The notes: generated by a model from the sequence alone, not told the origin. DNA of 60,426 nt from Acholeplasmataceae bacterium (GCA_012718985.1 JAAYBG010000025.1:1-60426); one strand, 5' to 3'; shown: positions 38,991 through 49,367, counted from the first letter of the stretch. Made by a program: numbers and translations.

Positions 38991-39935
38991 CTATTTTTCT
39001 TTTACAATTTCAGCAAGAGAAGTAGCTAAACCAGCAATTCCTTGAAGGTTTGAAGGGACGATAATTTTCGTTGCTTGACCTTTAGATACCTCAGCTAAGG
39101 CTTCCAAAGACTTGATTGTCAATACAGCATTATCAGCACCGGCTTTCTTGATTAGTTCAATACCTTTTGCTTTTGCTTCTTGTAATTCCAATATAGCTTG
39201 TGCTTCACCTTGCGCTTTAAGAATAGCGGCAGCCTTTATACCCTCTGCTTCTTCAATCAATGCTTGACGTTTTGCTTCAGCTTGTAAGATAGAAGATTGT
39301 TTAATCCCTTCTGCTTGAAGAATGGAAGACCTTTTTTCTCCCTCGGCACGAAGGATTGCTTCACGACGTTCACGCTCAGCGCGCATCTGCTTTTCCATAG
39401 CGTCGCGAATATCTTTTGGTGGAAGAATATTTTTTAATTCTACACGATTTACTTTAATTCCCCAAGGGTCAGTTGCGATATCTAAGGTTTCGCGCATTCT
39501 AGCATTGATTAAATCACGACTTGTTAGCGTTGCATCTAACTCTATTTCACCAATGATATTACGAAGCGTGGTGGCAGTCAGTTTTTCAATCGCGTAAATT
39601 GGATTATCGACACCATAAGTATAAGCTTTAGGATCTGTAATAGTAAAAAATACTACTGTATCAATTTGCATTGTAACATTATCCTTTGTAATAACGGGTT
39701 GAGGATCAAAATCCATAACCTGTTCTTTTAAAGAAACTTTCTTGGAAATACGATAAAATATTGGTGTTAAAAAATGAATGCCTGTTCCCCATGTTGTATG
39801 GTAAGCACCTAATCGTTCAACAACGTAAGCATTTGCTTGAGGAACGATTTTAAAACTTGAAGCAAAAATGATAACGATAATTAAAATAATAATTCCCAGG
39901 ATGATTACTAATCCTGGATTAGCAGCTAAAAACAT
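38991..39935 (-). CDS. SPFH/band-7 (stomatin-like) protein
   Basis: N-terminal TM, a band-7 core (VVERLG...ITKDNV...DIRDAMEKQMRAERE) and a repeated AEG..R/QSSILQAEG coiled-coil tail. Confidence 0.85.
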   Translation of the reverse strand: MFLAANPGLVIILGIIILIIVIIFASSFKIVPQANAYVVERLGAYHTTWGTGIHFLTPIFYRISKKVSLKEQVMDFDPQPVITKDNVTMQIDTVVFFTITDPKAYTYGVDNPIYAIEKLTATTLRNIIGEIELDATLTSRDLINARMRETLDIATDPWGIKVNRVELKNILPPKDIRDAMEKQMRAERERREAILRAEGEKRSSILQAEGIKQSSILQAEAKRQALIEEAEGIKAAAILKAQGEAQAILELQEAKAKGIELIKKAGADNAVLTIKSLEALAEVSKGQATKIIVPSNLQGIAGLATSLAEIVKEK

Positions 39936-39956
39936 TTTTCTTTCCTCCTTTTTAGA

Positions 39957-40424
39957 TTATAAAATTTCAATATTTGATTGATCGTTTATTTTTGACACAA
40001 CAGCTTTGTTGCCGCTAACGGCATTAATTAATACTTTTTCTCCCACTTCAACAATCACGGCCTCGTTACAAATCGCGCGCCAAGTGTTGTTGTCTACTTT
40101 AATTTCCCCTACTTCATCAGGAAAAATAGTTTTAGTTACTTGTCCTACCATGCCAATTATTTTGTCGGTATTTGTCCTGATAATTTCTTTGTTCATCATT
40201 TTTCTTGTTAGAGGTTTTGTTAAGAAGAGCAAAGCAATTGAAGAGCCAAAAAACACTAAAATTTGAATTAAAGGGTCAAGCGGAATAGCAGCACAGATAA
40301 GTGCGATTAAAGATCCAAGACAAAACCAAATTGTTGTAACATCTGCGGTCCCTAATTCAATAATTAAGGTGATAATAAAAATTAAAGCCCAAATTAAAAG
40401 CATTACCCAATGGAACCACTCCAT
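39957..40424 (-). CDS. NfeD family membrane protein
   Basis: Three TM helices plus a C-terminal OB-like domain (GEIKVDNNTWRA). Sits upstream of the SPFH gene, as is typical. Confidence 0.75.
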   Translation of the reverse strand: MEWFHWVMLLIWALIFIITLIIELGTADVTTIWFCLGSLIALICAAIPLDPLIQILVFFGSSIALLFLTKPLTRKMMNKEIIRTNTDKIIGMVGQVTKTIFPDEVGEIKVDNNTWRAICNEAVIVEVGEKVLINAVSGNKAVVSKINDQSNIEIL

Positions 40425-40801
40425 TACTCTATTTCCTCCTCTAAATATATTTTTAAGTACTTGTTACTCTCATCCCAACTACAAGGAAACTTGTATAATT
40501 TTTGTTTTTCAAAATCCATTGAAAAGAATTCGCATATTTTTTTCACAAGTCCCTTACCATTTATTCTTCCATAGCTAGGTTTTATTGAGATATCATGTAA
40601 ATCTATTGAAGAATAATTACCTAGTTTTGCTTCTTCTTTGTTTAATGCTTTTATCAATAAAATGTTTTCTTTTTTATTGAACCCAATCAAGGTAGCAAAA
40701 GCATTTTTAAAGTAAGAACTGGCAACTGTATTTAAAGTAATGTTAGTCTCATAAATTGTTACGACACCTTGCAAATTTTTAGAAAACCACTGTATTTCCA
40801 T
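40424..40801 (-). CDS. hypothetical protein (125 aa), translationally coupled to nfeD
   Basis: TAATG overlap with the NfeD start. AGGAGAAG RBS-like sequence upstream. No recognisable motif. Confidence 0.5.
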   Translation of the reverse strand: MEIQWFSKNLQGVVTIYETNITLNTVASSYFKNAFATLIGFNKKENILLIKALNKEEAKLGNYSSIDLHDISIKPSYGRINGKGLVKKICEFFSMDFEKQKLYKFPCSWDESNKYLKIYLEEEIE

Positions 40802-41015
40802 AACACTTCTCCTTTCATAATCATATTATATTATATTATTCAAAAAAATACAATAGATATTTTAAATATTTTTAAAAATACATTAACAGTTGTTTTACGA
40901 AATAATCTAATAAAATTTAAAACGAAAAGTTTAGAACAAAAATAGGTTATTTCTTGTATAAAAAAACAGCAAAGAATAAAAAATGAATTATTAAACCGAT
41001 TACTGAAATAAAATA

Positions 41016-41044
41016 TTGAAAAAAAGATAAATCCATGCTATAAT
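41016..41044 (+). promoter_or_regulatory. consensus-like promoter for the 41072 gene
   Basis: TTGAAA (41016-41021), a 17-nt spacer and TATAAT (41039-41044). Confidence 0.7.
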
Positions 41045-41071
41045 ACCTCAGATATCTAAAAGGAGACTCGT

Positions 41072-42040
41072 ATGAAAAAAATTATTATTCTTATCATAGC
41101 AATCATATTACCATTAGTCGGAGCATTTATGATCGGCTGGTATGGTATTGCTGTTAGATATGAACCAGAAAAAAACACCGCTGTAGCTTCTTTATTTAAA
41201 AACTACTTGAATAAGGGAGTGATAACCAGCGAAGGAAGAATTAAAAACTATCGCCAATTTGAAAATTATTATTATGATGAAAATCCATTATACATAGAAA
41301 CAATAGAAAACGAAGCAGGAAACCCTTTATTTACGCTAGCTATTTATCGCGCTTACTATTACTATCAACCAAGTGTTGATGATGAAGTCCAAAAAAAGGT
41401 AAAATTTGAAGTCTTTATTTACAATGTGAATTACAACTTAGTAAAGGACTACTTTACTTTAGACGATAGAACAATTATCGATGAAGCAAAGATGCCTAAA
41501 TTTAGTCTAACCTTTACGCCAACGAACGGAAAAGATCCTTTTTCAATAACATTAACGACTGGAAGCGATGTCATGATTCAAGATTATGATTCAGTTCCAG
41601 AGTGGGCAGATAAAGCGGAAACAACAAGAAATTACGTTCAATCTAGCATTATAAGAGTTACTCAAACGCCGGCATTAGCTAAGTTTTCTGCCGATGTCAA
41701 TATTAAAGTTACAGCAACATTAGAGATTACAGGAACAGATTCAGCAACAACAAAACTACCAACAGATAAACCATTGGCAGAATTTTATTTAGCGGATTTC
41801 GAAAGCGATATTGATGAAATTGATACAACTGATTATTTGAAAGGCTTCCGTGATCCTTCTGTTGTGAAAACGTTCAAAAATGCAGGATACCATTCATGGT
41901 TATTTAAAAAATATTTGTGGTGGCAAGGATTGATTGCAATCGTCCTTGTAGGAATTGTCACAGGAACATTTTATTTGGTTTGGACTGCAGAAGACCAAAA
42001 AGCAAAAACAACCGTAAAAAGCATTAAGAAAAAGAAATAG
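41072..42040 (+). CDS. hypothetical bitopic membrane protein
   Basis: N-terminal and C-terminal TM helices flank about 260 aa with no recognised motif. GGAGA RBS. Confidence 0.55.
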   Translation: MKKIIILIIAIILPLVGAFMIGWYGIAVRYEPEKNTAVASLFKNYLNKGVITSEGRIKNYRQFENYYYDENPLYIETIENEAGNPLFTLAIYRAYYYYQPSVDDEVQKKVKFEVFIYNVNYNLVKDYFTLDDRTIIDEAKMPKFSLTFTPTNGKDPFSITLTTGSDVMIQDYDSVPEWADKAETTRNYVQSSIIRVTQTPALAKFSADVNIKVTATLEITGTDSATTKLPTDKPLAEFYLADFESDIDEIDTTDYLKGFRDPSVVKTFKNAGYHSWLFKKYLWWQGLIAIVLVGIVTGTFYLVWTAEDQKAKTTVKSIKKKK

Positions 42041-42070
42041 AGATTGCAGTTAGAGCAATCTTCTTTTTTT
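42041..42070 (+). terminator. intrinsic terminator
   Basis: AGATTGC / GCAATCT stem, a 7-nt loop, then TCTTTTTTT. Confidence 0.6.
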
Positions 42071-42082
42071 GAAGGAGAGTAT

Positions 42083-42895
42083 ATGGAGATTAGAGAAATA
42101 GAAAGAGCACTAATCAAGCGATATCGAAGCAAGATCTATTCAAAATTCGTAAAAGCGATTGAAGATTATCAATTAATTAAAGAAAACGATAAAATAGCAG
42201 TTTGCATCTCTGGCGGAAAAGATAGTCTTGTCATGGCCAAATTGTTTCAAGAGATTAAAAGGCACGGAAAAATAAAATTTGATGTTAGTTACTTGGTGAT
42301 GAATCCAGGTTTCAACAAAGAAAACTTATTGCGATTAAAAGAAAACGCGGATAAACTGGAGATTCCGATTGTGATAAAAGAATCAAACATTTTCCATGTA
42401 TCCCAGTTGTTGGGAAAAGATCAGCCTTGTTATCTATGTGCAAAGATGCGTCGTGGATTCTTATATGATTTCGCAAAAGAACAAGGATGTAATAAAATTG
42501 CACTAGGTCACCATTTCAATGATGTCATTGAAACAACACTATTGAATGTTTTGTATTCAGGGACATTTAAAACAATGATGCCCAAATTGAAGTCAACAAA
42601 TCATTTAGGAATGGAATTAATTAGACCGATGGTTTATATTGAAGAAAAAGATATTCGTAATTATATTGAGTTTTGTGGGATAAAGGCTATGAATTGCGGC
42701 TGTAACGTGGCTAATAATGAATTGCCATCAAAACGCAAGGAAATAAAAGAAATCATAAAGAAAATAAAAAAAGATTTCAAGGATGTCGATAAATGCATTT
42801 ATGCTAGTGCAGAAAATGTCAATTTAAATTGTGTCATGCAATGGAAATTAAAGGATAAAAAATATAGCTTTCTTGATTATTATGACGAAGAATGA
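42083..42895 (+). CDS. ttcA: PP-loop ATPase, tRNA 2-thiocytidine biosynthesis TtcA-like
   Basis: SGGKDS PP-loop, CYLCAKMRRG and CGC cysteine motifs. Start set at the ATG after GAAGGAGAG. Confidence 0.7.
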   Translation: MEIREIERALIKRYRSKIYSKFVKAIEDYQLIKENDKIAVCISGGKDSLVMAKLFQEIKRHGKIKFDVSYLVMNPGFNKENLLRLKENADKLEIPIVIKESNIFHVSQLLGKDQPCYLCAKMRRGFLYDFAKEQGCNKIALGHHFNDVIETTLLNVLYSGTFKTMMPKLKSTNHLGMELIRPMVYIEEKDIRNYIEFCGIKAMNCGCNVANNELPSKRKEIKEIIKKIKKDFKDVDKCIYASAENVNLNCVMQWKLKDKKYSFLDYYDEE

Positions 42896-42986
42896 TTTAT
42901 GAAAAAGCATATACAAAAAAACATTTGTTTTTAAAAGCACTTGTGCTATAATAAATTATAATAAAAAAAATATAGAGGAGGAAAAT

Positions 42987-45620
42987 ATGTCTGTAAAAAA
43001 ATATGTCTTTATGTTTACCGAGACCGACGAAACGATGCGCAATCTTTGCGGTGGTAAGGGAGCCAATCTAGGTCAAATGACGAAATTAGGATTACCTATA
43101 CCACAAGGTTTTACGGTAACAACAGAAGCATGTACTTATTATTATCAAAATTCTGAAAAACTCTCTGAAGGAATTATTGAAGAAATCAACATAGCTTTAG
43201 AAAAACTTGAGAAAGTCACAGGAAAAAACTTTGGTGACCCTCAAAACCCATTATTAGTATCAGTCAGGTCTGGTGCACGCGTATCAATGCCAGGAATGAT
43301 GGATACTATTCTAAACTTAGGATTAAACGAAACAGTAGTGGCAGGGTTAGCAAAAAACACTCAAAATCCAAGATTTGCCTACGACTCATATCGCCGTTTC
43401 ATTCAAATGTATTCTGATGTGGTTATGGGTTTAGCTAAGAGTAAGTTTGAAGAAATCATCGATAGGATGAAAAAAGAGAGAAAGATCCAACAGGACACAG
43501 AATTTTCAGCTGAAGATTTTAAGGAAATGACAAAAGCATTCAAAGCATTTTATAAACAGGAATTAAAGGAAGACTTCCCTGATAATCCTAAAGATCAACT
43601 ATTTGGGGCAATTAATGCTGTATTCCGTTCATGGGAAAACCCAAGAGCAAACTATTATCGTAAGATGAACAATATTCCTTCAGATTGGGGAACTGCAGTA
43701 AATGTTCAATCTATGGTATATGGAAATATGGGAGATAATTCAGGAACAGGCGTAGCATTTACAAGAAATCCAGCAACAGGTGAAAACAAACTATATGGAG
43801 AATACTTAATTAATGCACAAGGTGAAGACGTTGTTGCGGGAATTAGAACTCCATCAGAAATTGAAACATTACAAGAGATTATGCCAGATGCCTATAATCA
43901 ATTTGTTGAATTATCACTAAAATTAGAGAATTATTTTAATGATATGCAAGATATTGAATTCACAATTGAAAATGGGAAACTATATTTATTACAAACAAGA
44001 AGTGGTAAAAGAACTGCTCAAGCAGCGTTAAGAATTGCCGTAGAAATGTTTGAAAGCGGTATGATTACTAAAGAAAAAGCGTTGATGCTAGTCCAACCAC
44101 AACAACTTGATAATTTATTACATCCACAATTTGATCAAGTAGCAATTAAAAAAGCGCGTTCAATAGGAGAAGGCTTACCAGCATCTCCAGGGGCAGCTTG
44201 TGGTCAAATCGTATTTAATGTTAATCAAGCATTAGAAGAAAAAAAGAAGGGCAACAAAGTTATTCTTGTTAGATTAGAAACATCACCAGAAGACATTGAA
44301 GGAATGGATGTATCAGAAGGAATATTAACTGCTCGGGGAGGAATGACTTCACACGCAGCGGTAGTTGCTCGTGGTATGGGAAAATGTTGTGTTTCTGGGT
44401 GTAAAACACTGGAAATATATGAAGAAGAAAATTATTTATTGATAGGGAAAGAGAAACTAGTTAAGGGAGATTGGATAGCTTTAGATGGATCAACTGGGCT
44501 AATCTATGGTCAAAAAGTGGCGACAGTTCCTGCTGTTATTTCTGGTAATTTTGAAAAATTCATGAATTGGTGTGATGAAATAAGAAGATTGAAAGTAAGA
44601 ACAAATGCGGATACACCAAAAGATGCAAAACAAGCGAGAATATTTGGTGCAGAAGGTATTGGTTTATGTAGAACTGAACATATGTTCTTCGAAGCTGATC
44701 GGATTAAGGCAATGAGAGAAATGATTATTGCTGATACTCAAGAACAACGACAAAAAGCACTAGAAAAATTATTACCAATGCAAAGAAAAGATTTCGAAGA
44801 ACTATTTGAGGCCATGGGTAATTATCCAGTGACAGTTCGTTACCTAGACCCACCACTACATGAATTCTTACCAACCAATGAAGCAGATATTAAGGAAATT
44901 GCTGAAGAATTGAAAGTTCCTTATCACGATTTAGTGGCTAAAATTGAATCATTACATGAATTTAATCCGATGATGGGGCATAGAGGATGTCGTTTAGCTG
45001 TTTCTTATCCAGAATTGGCAGAAATGCAAACAAGGGCAGTTATTGAAGCATACATTAATGTAAAGAAACGCAATCCAGAATACAGTGCAGCACCAGAAAT
45101 CATGATTCCATTAGTCGGCGATGCAAAAGAACTAAAATTCATTAAAAACATTGTAGTAAAAACAGCAAATCAAATTCTTGATGAAAATCATATGAGTGTT
45201 GACTATAAAGTAGGAACAATGATTGAAATACCAAGAGCAGCTGTTCTAGCAGATGAAATAGCAGAAGAAGCTGAGTTCTTTAGTTTTGGAACAAACGATT
45301 TAACGCAAATGACATTTGGCTTTAGTCGCGATGATGCTGGCTCATTCCTTACCCAATATTATGAGCGAAGAATCTATGAATCAGACCCATTTGCCCGAGT
45401 AGACCAAAAAGGTGTTGGGAAATTAATTAGAATGGCAGTAAAACTAGGTAGAGAAGCAAAACCGAACTTGAAACTAGGAATTTGTGGTGAGCATGGTGGT
45501 GAACCTTCTTCTATTGAGTTCTTTGATGAAGTAGGACTTGATTATGTTTCTTGCTCTCCATATCGAGTTCCAATCGCTCGATTAGCAGCAGCACAAGCGA
45601 CAATCAAATCAAAAAAATAA
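42987..45620 (+). CDS. ppdK: pyruvate, phosphate dikinase
   Basis: 877 aa. GGKGANLGQM, GGMTSHAAVVARGMGK (catalytic His) and GICGEHGG motifs. Confidence 0.93.
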   Translation: MSVKKYVFMFTETDETMRNLCGGKGANLGQMTKLGLPIPQGFTVTTEACTYYYQNSEKLSEGIIEEINIALEKLEKVTGKNFGDPQNPLLVSVRSGARVSMPGMMDTILNLGLNETVVAGLAKNTQNPRFAYDSYRRFIQMYSDVVMGLAKSKFEEIIDRMKKERKIQQDTEFSAEDFKEMTKAFKAFYKQELKEDFPDNPKDQLFGAINAVFRSWENPRANYYRKMNNIPSDWGTAVNVQSMVYGNMGDNSGTGVAFTRNPATGENKLYGEYLINAQGEDVVAGIRTPSEIETLQEIMPDAYNQFVELSLKLENYFNDMQDIEFTIENGKLYLLQTRSGKRTAQAALRIAVEMFESGMITKEKALMLVQPQQLDNLLHPQFDQVAIKKARSIGEGLPASPGAACGQIVFNVNQALEEKKKGNKVILVRLETSPEDIEGMDVSEGILTARGGMTSHAAVVARGMGKCCVSGCKTLEIYEEENYLLIGKEKLVKGDWIALDGSTGLIYGQKVATVPAVISGNFEKFMNWCDEIRRLKVRTNADTPKDAKQARIFGAEGIGLCRTEHMFFEADRIKAMREMIIADTQEQRQKALEKLLPMQRKDFEELFEAMGNYPVTVRYLDPPLHEFLPTNEADIKEIAEELKVPYHDLVAKIESLHEFNPMMGHRGCRLAVSYPELAEMQTRAVIEAYINVKKRNPEYSAAPEIMIPLVGDAKELKFIKNIVVKTANQILDENHMSVDYKVGTMIEIPRAAVLADEIAEEAEFFSFGTNDLTQMTFGFSRDDAGSFLTQYYERRIYESDPFARVDQKGVGKLIRMAVKLGREAKPNLKLGICGEHGGEPSSIEFFDEVGLDYVSCSPYRVPIARLAAAQATIKSKK

Positions 45621-45626
45621 AAAAAT

Positions 45627-45657
45627 AATCCCTAATTTAAATTGGGGATTTTTCTTT
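45627..45657. terminator. terminator shared by convergent ppdK and the 244-aa gene
   Basis: AATCCCTAAT / ATTGGGGATT stem (one G-T wobble), loop TTAA, then TTTCTTTTT. Confidence 0.65.
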
Positions 45658-46366
45658 TTAAAACGTATAGGATGGCAAGCCACAAAAGTTCAATAAACAC
45701 CACAAAACAACCGATAATAATGCCGGCATCCATAAATAATTTCACATCAAGAATTGTTGTGAGCATTAAATTATTAACCCCAGGCAATTCAGGATAATTG
45801 GAGACATAACTAAAGAAGGCATCGTTGAATTTTTGTTCATCAGGAAAGATAACGCGATGGAAAAAAGTAAAAGCACTATCAAAATCAACAAAGGCATAAA
45901 CAGCAAAGGCAAAACAAATAAGTAAGATAATAGCTATTGTAAACGCACTATATTTAAATAGAAGATGTTTAAGGCGATGATAATTTAAGATAATATATAA
46001 TATAGAAAGAAAAAGCAAGAAAAGACAAATAAGGGCTATTTTACTACCATTAACATAAAGGTCTTTTACATCTTGCATGTGGTAAATGGCTTGATTAGAA
46101 AAAACAGGAGTGTCGTCTATTACAACTTGCATATCGTTTGTTTTATCTGCTAAGAAACGGATAATTGTATTTGCAATATTATCAAGTTCTGTTTGGCTAT
46201 AACCCGATTCTTCAACGGTGTTATTTTTTTCAAATTCGTATAAATAAAAAGATTTTGATAAAGTGATGGGAACAGTAATAGCCCAAACAGCAACAATTAA
46301 TAAGAATAGATTAGTGAAGATAATGATAAGTTTATCGATTGTTTTCATAACAAAACCTCGCAACAA
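45632..46366 (-). CDS. TIGR01906/DUF1461-like integral membrane protein (Lit-like)
   Basis: N-terminal TM, an ectodomain with YHMQDVKDL (H..DVK motif as I recall it for this family), then 3-4 C-terminal TMs. Confidence 0.4.
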   Translation of the reverse strand: MLRGFVMKTIDKLIIIFTNLFLLIVAVWAITVPITLSKSFYLYEFEKNNTVEESGYSQTELDNIANTIIRFLADKTNDMQVVIDDTPVFSNQAIYHMQDVKDLYVNGSKIALICLFLLFLSILYIILNYHRLKHLLFKYSAFTIAIILLICFAFAVYAFVDFDSAFTFFHRVIFPDEQKFNDAFFSYVSNYPELPGVNNLMLTTILDVKLFMDAGIIIGCFVVFIELLWLAILYVLKRKIPNLN

Positions 46367-46476
46367 TTATAATATATAGAAATAGATATGTAAAGAAAAA
46401 GTAGGATAGTTAAAAAAACTATAAAAAGCAAAATATGGTATAATAACGTATTAAATAAGAATTCAAGGAGACAGAA

Positions 46477-47604
46477 ATGAAGAAAACATTGAGTTTATTG
46501 TTGGTGTTGATTTTAATTCTCGTTGGGTGTGGGAATACTACGACTAGTTTAAAATTAGATGATAGAGGATATGCCATTGAAACAAATGAAAAATATATTA
46601 GTCGACAAGAAGAAGATGCTGTAATTAAAAATGTAATTTTATTGATTGGTGATGGAATGGGTGCTAATCAGGTTGAAGTTTCCCGACGGGTATTATTAAA
46701 AGAAAAAGAAATCTTCGATTTAGACAAGGCAGAATATAAAGCCGAAATCATTACTTCTTGCCTAAACAATGATGTTACGGATAGTGCAGCAGCAGCGACA
46801 GCCTTTGCAACAGGAGTAAAGACTAATTATGAAGTTGTCGGAAAAGACAAGGAAGGAAACGATTTAAAAACAATTCTTGACTACGCTCAGGAAGCGGGGA
46901 TGAAAACAGGAATCATTACAGATAAAGGTTTAGATGATGCAACTCCAGCTGCATTTTCAGTTCATTTAGAAAATCGATATTTATTACAAGATAGCATCCC
47001 AACGCAACAGATTGATAGTGGAATTGATATTTTTATGGGAGGAAATGTAGCAAGATACCTCGATTTTGCTGAAGCGATACAAGCAAAAGGGTATGAATTT
47101 ATTACTACAAAAGAGGGTTTGTTGAATACGAAGGCAAAAAAAATATTTGCTGCTTATTCTTCTGGAAGAATGATGAATCAAGCAAGTGATGTGCCGACAT
47201 TGGCAGAAATGACAAACAAAGCAATTCAAGTTTTATCGCAAAACAAACGAGGATTCTTCTTAATGGTTGAAGCCGGGCAAATCGATAATCGATGCGGAGA
47301 AGGTGACATCATAAAAATGGCTAAGGCAGTGCAAGAATTGGATAAGGCATTAAGAGTGGCATTAAATTTTGCTCGCAGCAACAAAGAAACCTTAGTGATT
47401 GTTTTGGCGGATCACGAAACCGGAGGGTTGGTGATTGGAGAAGGGGAACCAGATATCACATGGTTTACCGAAGCAACGCGATATCATACAGCGGTTAATG
47501 TTCCCTTATACGCATATGGGACAAGAAGCAGTTTTTTTGCTGATAAAATACTAGATAATACAGAGGTTTTTGAAATATTAATGATGCTATTAAATTTAAA
47601 GTGA
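46477..47604 (+). CDS. alkaline phosphatase family lipoprotein
   Basis: Lipobox LVGCGN. DGMG, TDSAAAATAFATGVKT (active-site Ser) and LADHETGG motifs. Confidence 0.8.
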   Translation: MKKTLSLLLVLILILVGCGNTTTSLKLDDRGYAIETNEKYISRQEEDAVIKNVILLIGDGMGANQVEVSRRVLLKEKEIFDLDKAEYKAEIITSCLNNDVTDSAAAATAFATGVKTNYEVVGKDKEGNDLKTILDYAQEAGMKTGIITDKGLDDATPAAFSVHLENRYLLQDSIPTQQIDSGIDIFMGGNVARYLDFAEAIQAKGYEFITTKEGLLNTKAKKIFAAYSSGRMMNQASDVPTLAEMTNKAIQVLSQNKRGFFLMVEAGQIDNRCGEGDIIKMAKAVQELDKALRVALNFARSNKETLVIVLADHETGGLVIGEGEPDITWFTEATRYHTAVNVPLYAYGTRSSFFADKILDNTEVFEILMMLLNLK

Positions 47605-47636
47605 AAAAAAGTACTGTCTAACGAACAGTACTTTTT
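47605..47636 (+). terminator. intrinsic terminator
   Basis: AAAGTACTGT / ACAGTACTTT stem, a 7-nt loop and a T-run. Confidence 0.7.
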
Positions 47637-47681
47637 AGAATAGATAGGTTAAACATTTTAATGTAAAGATAGGCTGTCAAA

Positions 47682-47706
47682 AATTCTAATGATTATCATT
47701 AGAATT
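47682..47706 (-). terminator. perfect 25-nt palindrome overlapping the asnS stop codon
   Basis: AATTCTAATGA-TTA-TCATTAGAATT. On the minus strand it is followed by TTTG. Confidence 0.5.
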
Positions 47707-49084
47707 CACAATTTTTTGGTGTTCTTGGAAATGGAAGAACATCACGAATATTTTCTACACCTGTTACATACATAATTAATCGTTCGAATCCTAGACCAAA
47801 ACCAGCATGTTTTGTTCCTCCGAATTTTCTTAAGTTAATATACCATTGCATTTCTTCAATAGGAATGTGCATTTCTTTCATCCTATTTAACAGCATATCA
47901 AGGCGTTCTTCTCTTTGACTACCGCCGACTAATTCTCCGCTTCCAGGAACGAGCAAATCAACAGCAGCAACAGTTTGTTGATCATCATTTAGGCGCATAT
48001 AGAAAGCTTTGATTTCTTTTGGCCAATTGATGACGAAAACAGGACCTTTAAAATACTCATCAGTTAAATATTTTTCATGCTCTGTTGATAAATCATCGCC
48101 ATATTCTAAGCGGTTATCAAATTTTTTATTAGAATTTTTAATAATTTCAATTGCTTGACGATACTCACAAATGCTAATTTTTGAAGTGATTAACTCCTGC
48201 AATTGTTTTATTTTTCCAGGGCAAACAAATTGTTCGAAAAATTCCATTTCATCTTTAGCGTTTTCTAGGATATAACCAATTACATACTTAAGCATAGCCT
48301 CAACAAGATTCATATCATCGGTTAAATCAGCAAAAGCAATTTCAGGTTCGATCATCCAAAATTCTGAAGCATGACGTTGAGTGTTTGAATTCTCTGCTCT
48401 GAAAGTAGGTCCAAAGGTATAGACCTTTTTGAAAGCAAGCGCGAAGGTTTCGGCCTCTAATTGGCCAGAAACAGTAAGGTTAGCTGCTTTTCCGAAAAAG
48501 TCTTTTGAATAATCTACTTTTCCGTTTTCTTTTGGGAGATTCTCTAAATCGAGTGTTGTTACTTGAAACATTTGTCCTGCTCCTTCACAATCGCTAGCTG
48601 TTATGATTGGAGTGTGAACATAAACAAACTCTTCTTTTCTAAAAAAATCATGAATAGCATAAGCCAATAAACTGCGCACTTTAAAAACCGCATTGAAAAG
48701 AGATGTTCTTGGACGTAAATAAGCTTGTTCTCGTAAAAATTCTCGTGAATGGCGTTTTGGTTGAATAGGATAATTTTCAGGAGAATCTCCTTCTAATAAA
48801 ATACTCTTAGCATGAAGCTCAAAAGCTTGTTTTGCATTAGGTGTTAAAACGACAACACCTTGAACAGTTAAGGCACAGCCAACTCTAAATTTAGAAATCT
48901 CTTCGAAATGATCAATGTTTTTATCGTAAACGATTTGAATATTATTCACGGTAGATCCATCATTTAAATTTATAAAACCAAATTCTTTTTGACTTCGATT
49001 TGTCCTAATCCATCCTTGAAGGATTACTTCTTTTCCGATAAAATCTTTTGTTTGTTTTGTTAATGCACTAACACTGGTTTTCAT
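47699..49084 (-). CDS. asnS: asparaginyl-tRNA synthetase
   Basis: GWIRTNRSQKEFGFINLNDGS, FRAENSNTQRHASEF, GGSQRE and the C-terminal FPRTPKNCEF ending. Start at the ATG after AAAGGAGGAAAAT. Confidence 0.88.
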   Translation of the reverse strand: MKTSVSALTKQTKDFIGKEVILQGWIRTNRSQKEFGFINLNDGSTVNNIQIVYDKNIDHFEEISKFRVGCALTVQGVVVLTPNAKQAFELHAKSILLEGDSPENYPIQPKRHSREFLREQAYLRPRTSLFNAVFKVRSLLAYAIHDFFRKEEFVYVHTPIITASDCEGAGQMFQVTTLDLENLPKENGKVDYSKDFFGKAANLTVSGQLEAETFALAFKKVYTFGPTFRAENSNTQRHASEFWMIEPEIAFADLTDDMNLVEAMLKYVIGYILENAKDEMEFFEQFVCPGKIKQLQELITSKISICEYRQAIEIIKNSNKKFDNRLEYGDDLSTEHEKYLTDEYFKGPVFVINWPKEIKAFYMRLNDDQQTVAAVDLLVPGSGELVGGSQREERLDMLLNRMKEMHIPIEEMQWYINLRKFGGTKHAGFGLGFERLIMYVTGVENIRDVLPFPRTPKNCEF

Positions 49085-49332
49085 ATTTTCCTCCTTTAAT
49101 ATAAAAAGTCCTTGAAATATTTCCAAGGACTGTTATTGCAGCGGTACCACCTTAGTTTCATATAAAAATATGACCCTCAATTACTTATAACGTTAGCTAA
49201 ACGGCTGGTTCTACTTTATTTCTTCCAGCAGCTCAGAGTGTTCTTTCACCAAGTTTTATAATGGGTTTCCACTATCACCATCTCACTAAAATAAAATTAA
49301 TGGGTACTTTTCTCTTCATAGCCTATTTGATT
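49085..49332 (-). promoter_or_regulatory. T-box leader of asnS
   Basis: Minus strand has GAAGAGAAAAGTACC (AGAGA/AGTA), the T-box AAGGTGGTACCGC (plus strand 49141-49153) and the terminator ACAGTCCTTGGAAATATTTCAAGGACTTTTTA. An AAC triplet sits at 49240-49242 in the candidate specifier loop. Confidence 0.8.
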
Positions 49333-49338
49333 GTGAGT

Positions 49339-49367
49339 AGTTTATCACAAGGTTAATAGAAAGTCAA
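49339..49367 (-). promoter_or_regulatory. promoter for the asnS leader
   Basis: Minus strand has TTGACT (49362-49367), a 17-nt spacer ending in TGA, and TAAACT (49339-49344). Confidence 0.55.
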
